A stretch of 64,000 nt of DNA, from positions 32,001 through 96,000 of the IMG/VR virus record IMGVR_UViG_3300044647_001247. The stretch is one strand, 5' to 3'. Position numbers and translations under genes: made by a program. Shown one piece after another: positions 34,010 through 46,300 of this stretch. The DNA is from a virus. The notes under the pieces were generated by a model. It ran no database searches. It saw only the letters and a program-made list of their open reading frames with translations, and was not told where the DNA came from. The stretch's first letter is position 1. The number at the start of each line of letters is the position of its first letter.

Positions 34010-37000
34010 ATGGCAACCTTTATACCAGGAGATCAACCCTTAAGAATGGATCCGGTGTTATACACTCCGGACTATAATTTTTTGCGATATGTATTGCAGA
34101 AGAAAGATGCACAATATGAACAAGGTTTAAAATCAGTAAGTGGTACTATAGGTTCTTTGAAAAAAGAAATGTCAGACCCAACTAATGTACAAAGACGAGA
34201 TGAGTATTTTAAACTTGCTGAAAGTCAACTTAAAAAAATCTCTTCTGCTGATTTATCTTTACAGCAAAATGTAAATAGTGCTAATGCAATATTTGATCCT
34301 ATAGCTACAGATCCTGGTATTGTATATGATATGTATCACACTGCTAATAATAGAAAGCAGTTAGCTGCAATGGAATCATGGGCCAGTTCAGATGATATGG
34401 CAACACGTAAAAAATTTAATCCTGAAATATATAATTGGGTTAAAAAAGATTTAGATAGTTTGAAAAATGGTAATGGTGATATTAATAGTTATAAGGTTCA
34501 GGGTAGAAAAGCTTTTGCTTATATAGATGCCCAAGATATTATTAATGAAGCTGCAAAGCAACAAGGTTTTAAAACAGAAAAAGATGATAAAGGTAATCCT
34601 TACTTAATAACTACTACAGAAGGTCCTGATTTTGCACCTAATTACAAAGTGTTTGCAGAAAATGTTTTAGGTGCAAACTCTATTTATCAGCAACAACTAA
34701 GTATTCTAGGTCAAGCTGCTAACGAACGGGTACTAGATGAAGCTCGTTTTAATTCTGCATATGCAGATCTTTCACAGACTCAGATACTTAAAAAATACTT
34801 TACAGACAATTATGATAAAGATAGAAAGGAAAATGAAAGTTATTTATCTCAACTAACTGATGATTTTGCTACACAAAGAAAAGAGTTACTTGCTTATGGT
34901 GAAAGTAATAGAGATAAACTTAATAGTGATTCAAAACTTGCTAATGCTTATGCTCAAAAAGTTTATTCATTAGAAAGTCAAGAAGCTCAGTTAGAAAATC
35001 AACGTCGTGCTTTTAATACTCGTTTTGGTTCAGATAACACTGCTAAAATTGCTCTAAAAGAAAAGTATGTAACTGATGCTGTAAACAATCCAGAAGGATT
35101 TTTTGCTCAAAGATATAAGCTTAATGATATAATGCGTTTTAGTAATATGCGTTCAGCATCTTTTAGCCAGACTATAAAAGCTGATCAAGCTTATTTAGGT
35201 ATATTAAATGCTAGAGATAAAAGTTTAAATACAATAAATAATATAAAAGATGATCAGTTTGATAATAAAATTGATGCTATTGGTTTAGGAATAAAAACTA
35301 CTGAAACAGCTTATAAGTTACAAGGTAAAGATAGTAAAGGTGAAAGAACAAAGAATAGTAGTGGTGAGAATAAAGAAGCTGATATTGAGTTTGCAGGAAA
35401 TAGTCAAACTCAAGTAACTGTTCAAAGACATATTTCTAACTTAAATAACAGTATAGCTTTAAACACTGCTAGTGCTATTCAAGAGCTTACATCACCTGTT
35501 GGTGGATTAGCTATTTTAGAAAGCATGGGTGTTAAGCCAGAAGCAATAGGTTTTATCAGACAATATTATACAAGATCTATGATTGATCCTAAAACTAAAA
35601 TTAGGCTTGATGAGTCTAATGCTTTATCAGAAGCTTATAGATCTTTATTTGCTTTTGCTAAGAATAATAATAGTGCTGACGTCGTGGATAAAATGAGAGA
35701 TCAAGTAAAAGAGGGAGTAACAAAGGATAAAGTAGACATACCTAGTCTTTTACGTATGGCTGTAAAAAACTACACACCAAAGAATGAAAATGAAATTGCT
35801 TCTATTAGTGCGTTAATTGAATATGAAAAAAACCTGTCTCAGGTAAACAACTTATCTGGACAGCTTGAAGTTGCTACTAATAGTGTAATTTCAAATATAA
35901 TTAAAGATCCAAAAAAAACTAAGGAGTTTTCAAATGTCATTGTTAATGATAATGGAAAGAATAGAGTGGTAGATCCTAGTGATATTGTTAAGAAACTACC
36001 ATCTAAAGGATGGATGATAAAAGGTATAATTGGAAATAATCCTACTACATTAACTGAAGAAGATAAAAAAATTATTTCTAATGGTATGTTTAGCGGTACA
36101 TTAAATGTAGAAGTTAATGGTCGAGGTAACTCTGACTCAGGTGAATATTTTGAAACAACATTTGAATATAAAGGAGAAAGCTATAGACTTAGAACAGATG
36201 AGCCAATTATACCTGCAACTAAAGAATTGAATAGTAAGTTAAATAAGTTAAATGAGATGGTTCCTATACCTGCATTATCTTCTGAAGAAGGTGTTATTGG
36301 AGCTGCCCGTTTTTATTTACGTAATGATCTTAAAGAAAACATGCGTATTATAATAGCTGGTGACGCTACTACTACATCTTCTAATATTATAGATGGTGAT
36401 ACTGAAAAGCAAGTTGATCCTGAAATGCAAAAAAAAGTAAGAGCTGCTATTGGTGATAAAAAGATGATAGACTCAGGATCAATGTATATAATTAAAGGTT
36501 CACCCTTAAATAATGGTGGGCAAGTTGTTTCAATTACATTTCCTCAAGGTGAGTTAACATCTGACGGTAAACCTAAAAATGAAATAGCGGGGAAAACTTT
36601 TTATTTTCCTATTAATGTAGATAGTAAAAGTCCTGAAATAATAAAGGTGTTTGATCAGATGGATCAATTAGATGAATGGATGAATGTATCTAATAAAAAT
36701 AAACCATATGTTATGGATCACTTTGAAGGACTTGGTATAAAAGTTGAAGTGATACCTAGTCAACCAGGATCTAAAGTGGGAACTGTAAAAATGTATTCTA
36801 AATTTAATCCAGATAGCTCTAAATACGAGGATGAAATGCGTGTAGTTGATAATATTACTTTTGATTTAAATAAGATAACATTTTCTGAATTAAAACAAGA
36901 GATGTTTCAAAAATTTATTATGCCTTCTGTAAAAGCACGTATGAGTTATAACAAACAAGTTAGTGTTCAAGGTTTTGGAGTAGAAAGTATAATTAATCGT

Positions 37001-37012
37001 CTTCGTAAATAA
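34010..37012 (+). CDS. Internal virion (cargo/ejection) protein (1000 aa)
   Basis: No Cys seen; helical; YTPDYNFL...ADLSLQQNV N-terminus; synteny upstream of vRNAP. Confidence 0.7.
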   Translation: MATFIPGDQPLRMDPVLYTPDYNFLRYVLQKKDAQYEQGLKSVSGTIGSLKKEMSDPTNVQRRDEYFKLAESQLKKISSADLSLQQNVNSANAIFDPIATDPGIVYDMYHTANNRKQLAAMESWASSDDMATRKKFNPEIYNWVKKDLDSLKNGNGDINSYKVQGRKAFAYIDAQDIINEAAKQQGFKTEKDDKGNPYLITTTEGPDFAPNYKVFAENVLGANSIYQQQLSILGQAANERVLDEARFNSAYADLSQTQILKKYFTDNYDKDRKENESYLSQLTDDFATQRKELLAYGESNRDKLNSDSKLANAYAQKVYSLESQEAQLENQRRAFNTRFGSDNTAKIALKEKYVTDAVNNPEGFFAQRYKLNDIMRFSNMRSASFSQTIKADQAYLGILNARDKSLNTINNIKDDQFDNKIDAIGLGIKTTETAYKLQGKDSKGERTKNSSGENKEADIEFAGNSQTQVTVQRHISNLNNSIALNTASAIQELTSPVGGLAILESMGVKPEAIGFIRQYYTRSMIDPKTKIRLDESNALSEAYRSLFAFAKNNNSADVVDKMRDQVKEGVTKDKVDIPSLLRMAVKNYTPKNENEIASISALIEYEKNLSQVNNLSGQLEVATNSVISNIIKDPKKTKEFSNVIVNDNGKNRVVDPSDIVKKLPSKGWMIKGIIGNNPTTLTEEDKKIISNGMFSGTLNVEVNGRGNSDSGEYFETTFEYKGESYRLRTDEPIIPATKELNSKLNKLNEMVPIPALSSEEGVIGAARFYLRNDLKENMRIIIAGDATTTSSNIIDGDTEKQVDPEMQKKVRAAIGDKKMIDSGSMYIIKGSPLNNGGQVVSITFPQGELTSDGKPKNEIAGKTFYFPINVDSKSPEIIKVFDQMDQLDEWMNVSNKNKPYVMDHFEGLGIKVEVIPSQPGSKVGTVKMYSKFNPDSSKYEDEMRVVDNITFDLNKITFSELKQEMFQKFIMPSVKARMSYNKQVSVQGFGVESIINRLRK

Positions 37013-37025
37013 CTGACATCCTTTT

Positions 37026-40000
37026 ATGGAAAACTTCAAAATAAATACAAATTTATATATACCTTCTACACCAAATGTTGAGCAACAGCTGAAAGAAACT
37101 CAAGCTAGTGAAAACTACATTCAATCTGTAATACCTAGTTCTTCTGATATTGCAGCTAGTATATCAATGCCTGGAGATAGTATTGTAGATCTTATTAATC
37201 AGATAGAAAAGTATAATGCTGAGAGTGAAGCTTTACTAGCTCAATCCAACTCTGAAATATCAACTATCGGGTCATACCAATTTGATCAACGAGCTGCCAT
37301 AAATGATATTGCTAAGAAACTAAATCCTAAAGCACCTACATTAAAATCATCTGCTTCAGGTGCTTATTTAGGTACAGTTGGTGAACTAGAACGTTATTCT
37401 AGTTCAGATAATTTTAAAATCTTTGGTTTTAATAGTGCTTTAGGAGAAGAACAAGAATATAAATATGGTCGTGCTATGACCTGGGGTGATACATTAGGTA
37501 AAGCTTTTGCTGGTGGTGGAGCTATTGCTGCTGATACTTTTATAGAAGGATGGAAAGGCTGGGGACGTATGGCTGAAGCTTTATATACATGGGATTCTTC
37601 TAAACTTATGGGTTCCAAAGAAGAACGTTATGAAATTGCTAAACAGCAAGAAGCAATCTTTAATAAGTATGCTATATATAATACAGCTGAATCAGAAGAT
37701 TCTCTTTTAAATAGACAGTTCTTTGGTAACATGTTACAACAAGCTGGTTTTACAATTGGTGCATTTGGTCAAATGATTGTAGAAAACTATTTAACTGCAG
37801 GTATAGGAAAAGCCATTAGTGCATCAGTTGGTATGTTTGCAAAAGCTAAAGGGCTTAGCACAGCTATGAACGTAGGTGAGCTCATCAACGACACCCGTAA
37901 AGCTCAACAGGTTATTTCAAACACACAAAGAGTAAACAACGCTCTTAAGCAGATACCTCGTGCCTTAGTACCATTATTTGGTACAATAGAAGATGCAGTC
38001 AAAGCCGGTAAGGCTGGAGCTGGTACACTTCAGTTGGGTATGATTGGTCTAGGTGGTATCAAAAGAGAGCTTAGTATATTTAACATGGCTCGTTCAGAAG
38101 CCATCTTTGAAGCTGCTTCCACTTATAAAGAGATGGAAGATAAACTACTAAAAGAGTTTATAAATACAAACGGAAGACAACCTACTAATACAGAACTGGA
38201 AAACATCCGTAAAACAGCTGACGACGCTTCGTCTGATAACTTTGCTTCCAACTTGGGCATCCTGACACTGATGAATAGGATACAGTTTGGTAACATGTTC
38301 AAAAACTTTAACACCTCTAAGAAGATCTTTTCTAAGAACGCTGCTGCTTTTGCAGATGATGTATTTGAGGTGAGCGGTAAGGTAGGAGGTAAAATAGTAA
38401 CCAAGGTTTATGAGAAAGGCTTTATAGGAAGACTTGGATCAGTTGGAGATATTGCTAAAACTTTTGGCAAGAAGAAAGCTGCCTGGGAAGCCAGTAAGTC
38501 CATGGGTCTTGGTCTAATGAAGTTTGAAGGATCTGAAGGAGCCCAGGAACTTATACAGGAAGCGTCTAATAAAGGATTGAGTCAGTATCATTATGACCTA
38601 TATCATGGTAAGAAAGGATACGGTAGTAAACTAGACAATGTACTGGAAAGCATTCAAAACCCTATCACAGATATTGATGGGGCCAAAACCTTTTTGATGG
38701 GTGCTCTTACAGGACGTTTCATTGCTCCTGTATCATATGCCGGTGGTAAAATATTTGGTGGTAAACAAGCTCAAGAAATAGCTGCTCAGAAAAGACAGGC
38801 TATTGATGTCATCAACAGTTTCTACAGTGATCCTACACAATACACTAAAGAGTGGATTGCTAACGTGAAGGTTCAGAACAAAGCTGCTGAAACAATGGAA
38901 CAAGCTGTTGCCAACGGTGACAAGTATACATTCTATAATGCTAAAGATTCTGCTTTTGCAAAAGCTATATCATCAGCTATTAAACTTAATATGTATGAAT
39001 CTTTAAAAGACACAATGAATGAGTTGGGTAAAAACTTAAGTGATACAGAGTTTAAAGAAGCTTTTAATATGGATGCTAGTGAAACTAGTCGTCAAGGAGT
39101 ATCAGAGTTTATGAATAATGTTACTCAACAAATGGATGATTATTTTACTTTATATACCAACTTAAAAGATAAATATGGAGACAGGATTGTTCCTGAGCTA
39201 TATCGTTATAATAAACCAGAAGAATATGAGAATGTAAAAATTTCTAAGATTGCATTAGACAATGCTATAGAAATGCTTACTACTAATGTATATAAAGCAA
39301 GACAGTCTACTAAAAGAGCAGTGCAATTGCAACGTGAGATGGCTGCTAATATAAATATAGGAGCTTCTTCTATAGAAGTTTTAAACAAACTAGGAAGTGA
39401 ACAATCTATTAATGATCATGTAGATATCCTTCAAAAAGAAGTTTCTTTTTATGAGAGTGTTGATACATTATCACCTGAGCAAAGAAAAGAATTTAATAGA
39501 AAGAAGCAAGAACTTAAATTAGCTGAGGGTTGGAAAAACGCGTTTGAAGATGTAATGACTGGTCAGGGAGAAAGTTATTTTGATCCTAAGACAATTCGTG
39601 AAATATATGCTGCTTATGAAGAGTTAGTTAACTTTTATAATAAGTCTGAAGAAAAAAATGTTGCAGTTTCTATAGAAGATATAGAAGACAACTTTAGTAA
39701 GTTCTTAGATTATATACAGCTTAATAAAGATAATAAGGCTTATATAGATGCTATGAATATTTTGGCTGATCCTTATAATATAAGCTTGATTATAGAAGCT
39801 ACAAAAAGCTCGCTTAAGGAAATAGGTACACGTAATCAAAAAGAACACATACAAGAAGTGCAGGCCATTACAGAAGATAAGATAGAAGAACCTGCTGAAC
39901 TAATAGAACTTGTAGAAGAAGCTAAGTATCCTGATTTACCATCTATAAACAAACCTGAAGAACCTGCTCCATCTGCTCCTGAGCAATCACTTAATAAAGA

Positions 40001-40337
40001 ACAAAAGGCTGCTTTAGAAAAAGCTTATCAGGAAGCATATGCTAAGTATAAACAAGATGCAGAAGCTGCAGGTAATAGTATTGCTAACTACGGACAATGG
40101 AAAGATTTTAGTGTTGCTGCTAAAGATATACGTAAAAAATTTGATTTAGGTGGTGTTTCTGAAAAAAAAGAACCTGAAACTTACGTAGAGAATTTTGATG
40201 TAGCTACAGTTAACACAGAAAATATTTCCACAGATGTTGTAGATGAGATTTTGAGTTCTAGAGAATCAAAAAAAAGTGATAACTTTGATAGTAATACGGA
40301 TGAATTTTTCACTAACCTTACTGTTTGTAATATCTAA
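37026..40337 (+). CDS. Internal virion (cargo/ejection) protein with Gly/Ala-rich putative membrane-inserting helices
   Basis: FFGNMLQQAGFTIGAFGQMIVE, EGSEGAQELIQ and FLMGALTG segments; single Cys three residues from the C-terminus. Confidence 0.7.
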   Translation: MENFKINTNLYIPSTPNVEQQLKETQASENYIQSVIPSSSDIAASISMPGDSIVDLINQIEKYNAESEALLAQSNSEISTIGSYQFDQRAAINDIAKKLNPKAPTLKSSASGAYLGTVGELERYSSSDNFKIFGFNSALGEEQEYKYGRAMTWGDTLGKAFAGGGAIAADTFIEGWKGWGRMAEALYTWDSSKLMGSKEERYEIAKQQEAIFNKYAIYNTAESEDSLLNRQFFGNMLQQAGFTIGAFGQMIVENYLTAGIGKAISASVGMFAKAKGLSTAMNVGELINDTRKAQQVISNTQRVNNALKQIPRALVPLFGTIEDAVKAGKAGAGTLQLGMIGLGGIKRELSIFNMARSEAIFEAASTYKEMEDKLLKEFINTNGRQPTNTELENIRKTADDASSDNFASNLGILTLMNRIQFGNMFKNFNTSKKIFSKNAAAFADDVFEVSGKVGGKIVTKVYEKGFIGRLGSVGDIAKTFGKKKAAWEASKSMGLGLMKFEGSEGAQELIQEASNKGLSQYHYDLYHGKKGYGSKLDNVLESIQNPITDIDGAKTFLMGALTGRFIAPVSYAGGKIFGGKQAQEIAAQKRQAIDVINSFYSDPTQYTKEWIANVKVQNKAAETMEQAVANGDKYTFYNAKDSAFAKAISSAIKLNMYESLKDTMNELGKNLSDTEFKEAFNMDASETSRQGVSEFMNNVTQQMDDYFTLYTNLKDKYGDRIVPELYRYNKPEEYENVKISKIALDNAIEMLTTNVYKARQSTKRAVQLQREMAANINIGASSIEVLNKLGSEQSINDHVDILQKEVSFYESVDTLSPEQRKEFNRKKQELKLAEGWKNAFEDVMTGQGESYFDPKTIREIYAAYEELVNFYNKSEEKNVAVSIEDIEDNFSKFLDYIQLNKDNKAYIDAMNILADPYNISLIIEATKSSLKEIGTRNQKEHIQEVQAITEDKIEEPAELIELVEEAKYPDLPSINKPEEPAPSAPEQSLNKEQKAALEKAYQEAYAKYKQDAEAAGNSIANYGQWKDFSVAAKDIRKKFDLGGVSEKKEPETYVENFDVATVNTENISTDVVDEILSSRESKKSDNFDSNTDEFFTNLTVCNI

Positions 40338-40345
40338 TATATTCT

Positions 40346-43300
40346 ATGAATAAGTGTAGTATAAGTATACAGATTTTTGCCAATTTTACTAAGCAACTGT
40401 TAGCTCAAGATGCTAAGTATAAAAACTTTGCTGAAGTTGCAACGTTTATTATCAAGCGTCCTGGACAACCTGATAGTGTAAAGATGGTTGCTCTTAAAGG
40501 ACTTGCTAAGATATATGATCAGCTGGCTAAAAAAGACCAGACCTTTAGCTTTTCTGCAGATGACAGCAAAATCATTGATGTAGATTTGGAAAAAGATGAT
40601 TTAGAAACACAGTTTAAAAACATTGCTGCTAACTACCAAGTACGTCCTTCAGCTCCTCTTTCTATAGATACTATCAAGAATGATATAAAAAATCTTTCTT
40701 CTCTTCCAGTTTTGCAATTGCAGGACGCTGTTACTAAAATCGTAAAAGACATAGCTGCTCTTGCCAAAACTAATTTTCGTAAGAGTGCAGACGACATGGT
40801 TAAAATCATTGGTGAGCTTTATGATAGAGCTATTACTGAGCTAGATAAAAATACAGCAGTGAGTCCTATTATTCGGAACTCACTTACACAGCTTCTTAAT
40901 ACCGAAAAGAATATTGCTACAGAAGCTGCCAGTGATTATATTCCTTTAAAGAATACAATATACGGGGATACTAAAATCATAGTCAAGAAAGACGGTGGAA
41001 TATTTGAAGTTTTAAGAGACACTACTGGAAAATATATTGACATTAATTCATCAGATAGTTCAGAAGTAATATTTGATAGATCTGTTGGAGATCAGTTATT
41101 TAATCTTAGAGTGGACAGTTCACCTTTTGTAGGTGGTAACGATGGCACTCAATATATATTTTCTCACAATGAGTTGAGAAATGGTATGACCTTACGTGAT
41201 CGTACCGGGAAAGTTATAACTAACCAATTGCTTAGTTTTGATAATCCACTTTCTGCTCTTGAAGTGGTAGCTTCCCGTACAGAAATACAACGTAACCAAG
41301 ACCGCATTAGTAGAATTCGTTCAGAAATACCTACACGTACTCTTGAAACACAAGAGGTAGTCTCACAACAAAAAGCTTTGCTAGCAGGTAATCCTGTGCT
41401 TAGTGTATTTTCTCCTTTAGAAGGTGCACAAATACAGTTTCGTATTCCAGGGCAGCAAGGAGCTATGATATTATATGGTATAGATAACTATGCTATTATC
41501 TATCCTGATAATCGTACAGTGGCTGTAGACTTTTCTGAGACTCAGAAACAACTTATTTTAAAGCTTGCCCGCAAGAATACTACTAATGAAAATGGAATAA
41601 ATGTAACAGAACCTATTACAGAAGAAGACTTTTATAATCTGAAAGCCAGTTATGAAAAATTTAAAGATTTTAAGAAAGCTGTACAAGAAATCCTTGATCA
41701 AAATAAAAACCAATCTGAAATTATTTTACCACAAGCTTTAGTTACTGCTTATATTAATCTTGCCCGTACTGGTGAAGCTATTGCTGTTGCACCCAGTGCA
41801 GATCAACAAGCTAGTCTAACTACATTGTTAAACAAAGAAGGAGGTCCTGGACAGATTAGTTTTAATGTAGTAGAAGCTTTAGATGATAATTCTTATTCTG
41901 AACCACGTCGTGTTACTAAACCTATTATAGTAGCTAAACAAGGTGGTGTTTGGACATTTATATCAGACCTTAAGGGTAATGAGATGGTTGCTGTTGATCG
42001 TGATGATAGAAAAGAATATATGTCTTTTTCTGATTATATGCAAAATGAACTTAAAATATCTCCAGATATTAACATACAAAAGTTTCCAAGTTCTTTTGCA
42101 TGGCTTTATCAGAAACCTAATGGTAAATTACAACCTATTGCTCTTAAGTATATACCAGTAGAAAATAGTGCAGATATTGCACGACTTGCTATGGGGTTTG
42201 GTCAGTTACTAAAAAAAATGAGTGATCCTCAAACAGAAGGACCAAAAGAACTCAGAAACTTTAACTTGAACGTCTTTGGTTTTTCTCCCTATAATCCAAC
42301 AGGTGCTACAAGTTTTGCAGGTGACTTTGACGTATTTAAAGATCCAAGTGGTGAACGCAGTGTGTCTATTCAGATTCGTCCTATGACTATGAACTGGAGC
42401 CAAGTACCTCGGGATGTAAGAAAGGCTTTAACTGTATATATAGATGTTCCTGTTATGACTGCTTTTTTAAAAGTGGTACGTATAGCTGCAGAAATACCTG
42501 CATTTAAATCACAGAAAAATGACCTTAATACAGCGGCTGGTAAAAATGCTTTGGTAAAATTTATAGATGAAGATCCCCAGCTTCGTAAACAACTTATGAG
42601 TGCTTATGAAGATATTAATACACACCTCTATCGTAAGTTTCAGTCTATAGGTGAAAAACTTACTAAGACTTCTTATAATGGCGAGTTTGATATACCTAAG
42701 ATTTACACACTGATGGAAAATGAAAAAAGTGATCTTAGTGGAAGATGGAAGCTTAAAATAAAAGATCGTCAAACTGGTAATGATGTAACTAACTTTAACA
42801 ACTATCGTAGCATGACTACGGAAGAAGTGTTTACATTTGGTGGTATTCAGGCTGTGTTTGCAGGACCAAACGTTTCTGCTATACAGACAGTTAATAAACC
42901 AGCTCCAGTAACACAAAATCCTGCTAACAACACTACAGCAGATAATGTTCCTGGTACTGCTGGAACTATAGAGATAGATCTTAATTTTGAAGATGGTGCT
43001 TTTGAACTTGCTATGGATACTGAACTTTTCCAAGCATATCAAGCAGGGCAGTTTCAGCAAGAACTAGATTGGATTAAAGCAAATCTACCAAAAGAAATCA
43101 GCGTAGAAGACCTAGCTGATATTATGGATAATCTTAAAGCTGAAGGTCGTGTACTTGGTTATTTTAGAGACCGAGTTATCTATCTCAATGAACAGCTTTC
43201 TGGTAGAGGATCAGGATATCATGAAGCATTCCATGGTGTGTTTAGAAAACTAATGGATGCTTCTACTCGTGATCGTTACTTAAAACTTACCAAAGAAAAA

Positions 43301-46300
43301 ATAGGAGCTGTTTCTAAAGAGCAGATTCAAGAATTCCGTCAAAGACGTTCTCTTTATCATTTATCTAATGCTCAGGTTATAGATCGTATAGCAGAAGAAT
43401 ATTTAGCTGATAAATTTAAAGCATATAAGTTAGAAGGTCGTGGTGCTCAGGAAGGTTGGCTAAATAAGCTAATGAACTTAATAGATAGTATCATTCGTTT
43501 TTTTAACAAAAATTATAAAGAAATAGATAACCTGTTTCAAAGAATTGATACAGGATTCTATAAGAATGCAAAGATTGTAGGTGAGTTTAAGGAAGGTGCG
43601 TTTGAAATGCTATCTACCCGTAGTACACTAGTAACAGGTCCTACAGGAAAAGCTATACAAAGAAAGAACTTTCTTAATAAAATTGACCAAGCACAGTTGA
43701 TAAATAGACTAGCTGAACTAACTTCTTTTTCAGTAGGTAAAAACTTTGAAGAAAAGTTTGCAGGAGCTCGTAAAGAGCTAATAGCAGAAATGAACATAGA
43801 TAACCTAATTGCTCAAAATCCTTCTGAAGAATTAGCTATTCGTACACGTTATGAATCCATTCTTCAGGATAAACTTTATACTCTAGGTGTACCTGTATCT
43901 ATGATTAATGAAACAGGTAATGTTACTATGGATCAGAACTTAAATTTAATACAAAAGGATCCTGTACAGCTAGCAGCTTATAATAAGCAGCAAGCTGATA
44001 CATTAAAGTCTTTAAAGCAACAAGTTAGTCAAAAGATAAACAACATTTCTATATCAAACATATACTTTGATCCCGACGCTATGCTGAATGAAGAAGAGTT
44101 TGATGAAGATGATCTAGGTGATGAAACAAATTATGAAGATAGCTTTGTAAACATAAATACTTTGGACGGCTTGAGCCGTCAGTTTCGTTCATTTTTTGGT
44201 CTAATTTCTTATATTCATACAGACGATCTGGGAGTACAAACCACCCGTATGGTAGATGGAGCTACAGTTTTTGATACCATGATGAAAATCTTAGCTGACA
44301 CACCTGTAGAAAAGATGATGTCTCGTATGGAAGAAACTCTAGAAAAAATGCTAGAGTCTGATAACATGGTAGCATATGATCGTCTTAATGCAGTGTGGGA
44401 TAAGATGAAAAAATACTTTGGTCTTAATGAAAATAATCAACCTACACGTAATACAAATCTTTATAATCAGTTTATTGATGTATTTAATGTAGCAGATCTA
44501 TCTACAGATGTATACTATGTAAACACTCGTAATGATTCTTCTAGTCTTAGAGTTATTGATGCCACTATACAAAATGATATTAATCAGTATTATGAAAAGT
44601 TAAGAAGAAAGTATGAGAATGGTTTTATGAAAAAGTCTACCAAAGATCGTGAAGATATTCTTCGTGTATCCAAAGCTATTCTTAAAACTGAAGTGACTGT
44701 ACCAACAGACCTTGGTAGTCAAAGTTATAATTCAATAAAAGCTAAAGCAAAAAAAGTACACAAGGCTCTTAATGATATAGGTATTATATTACCTCTGCAT
44801 ACCGTTATTTACTCTTTAATTGCAATTGATGTAAAAGAAAATAAAGTAGAGTTAAAACCTAAAAGTAAATCTTTAAAGCAATACATATTAGATCAAGAAC
44901 TTATTAATACAGGAGCTTATCTTGATAAAGATTTTTTTGATAAAATTGTTAGATATGTAGATGAAAATACAAATATTTTTGATAAGTCTGTAGATAAAGA
45001 TGTTGCTACAGAAGGAACTCTTGGTCTTACTGACTTAGAAAAGAATCAGCTTCGTTTAAAGAAAAGAGGACTGGGTTTAATTAATTCTGTACTAAAAAAG
45101 ACAGGACGTTATGTTGTTAAGTATGATCTTGATACTGTAGTGTCTGTATTTCGTAATGCAGAAGGTAAAAATGTTTATCGTTATGTACGTAAAAGTCCAC
45201 CATTATTAATAGCACAGTCATTGAGAGAAAAAGGATGGCAAGATACTTATTCTGATTTTTCAACTGTTGCTAAGTTCTTACAAGACAACCCACTTACAGC
45301 TAATAAGCCTGAAAATTTGCTCTACTTACAAAACATTGAGCTTAGAAGTTTTGGTGGAGCTCGTCAAACACTTAAAGGTGTAGAACGAGATGGTGTTACA
45401 GCTAAGACTATTGATACAGCAGGTTACTATCTAAGCTATGTCCTGATGTCTATGAACCGTAAAACAACTATAAATAATAACGCTGCTATTACAACTTTTT
45501 CTAGGATGCTTACTCAAAATGAAGCTTCTAATACTATATATATGATACCAAATCTATATAAAAGAATGGTAACAAATAATGGATATATAGTTGAAAATAA
45601 AGAAAATATAGTGGTTAAAGGTTTTGTAGACGTTATCAAACAAGAATACCAGCGTATACAAAGAGAATGGACTACACGTAAAGATCAGAATAAAGAAAAA
45701 TTTAATAATTATAATGCTGTTTTAAATCCTGATGGATCTGTAAACACAGAAGATCCATCTTTGCGTGCGTACAACTTTAATATGCTTGCTGATTTTTTTG
45801 AGTTTAATAATCTTGCATCTAAAACATCTAATCCACTACGTGCTGATATCCGCAATCAACTTATACAAAGTGCAAAAGATGGAATAAAGTTTGATAAGCT
45901 TGATATTGGTTTACTGCAGCGTGAACTTCTTAATTATGCAGAAGAAAAGTTTACTGCTCATTTAAACATACTAAAGTCTTACAAACTAGTTGAAGAAAAT
46001 GAACAGACTAGTGAACTTATGAGCCGTCTTATTCCTGATAGTTACACCGTTGATGGTACAACTGTAAGTATTGAATCAGAGGATTCTAATCTAGAGTCTT
46101 ATCTAAAAGATGTCTATTTTAACGTATTTATAAACAACTTGCAGGTGTCACAGTTTTTTGATGGTGATATAGCAATGGGTGTTAAAAACTTTGCTGACTA
46201 CTTTAAGCGTCAGAAAATGAACGTTGCTGCTGGACCTTCTATGAAGAGTGGTAATCATACTGTAGCATATGTAGATGAAATTACTGTTCTTATTAATGAT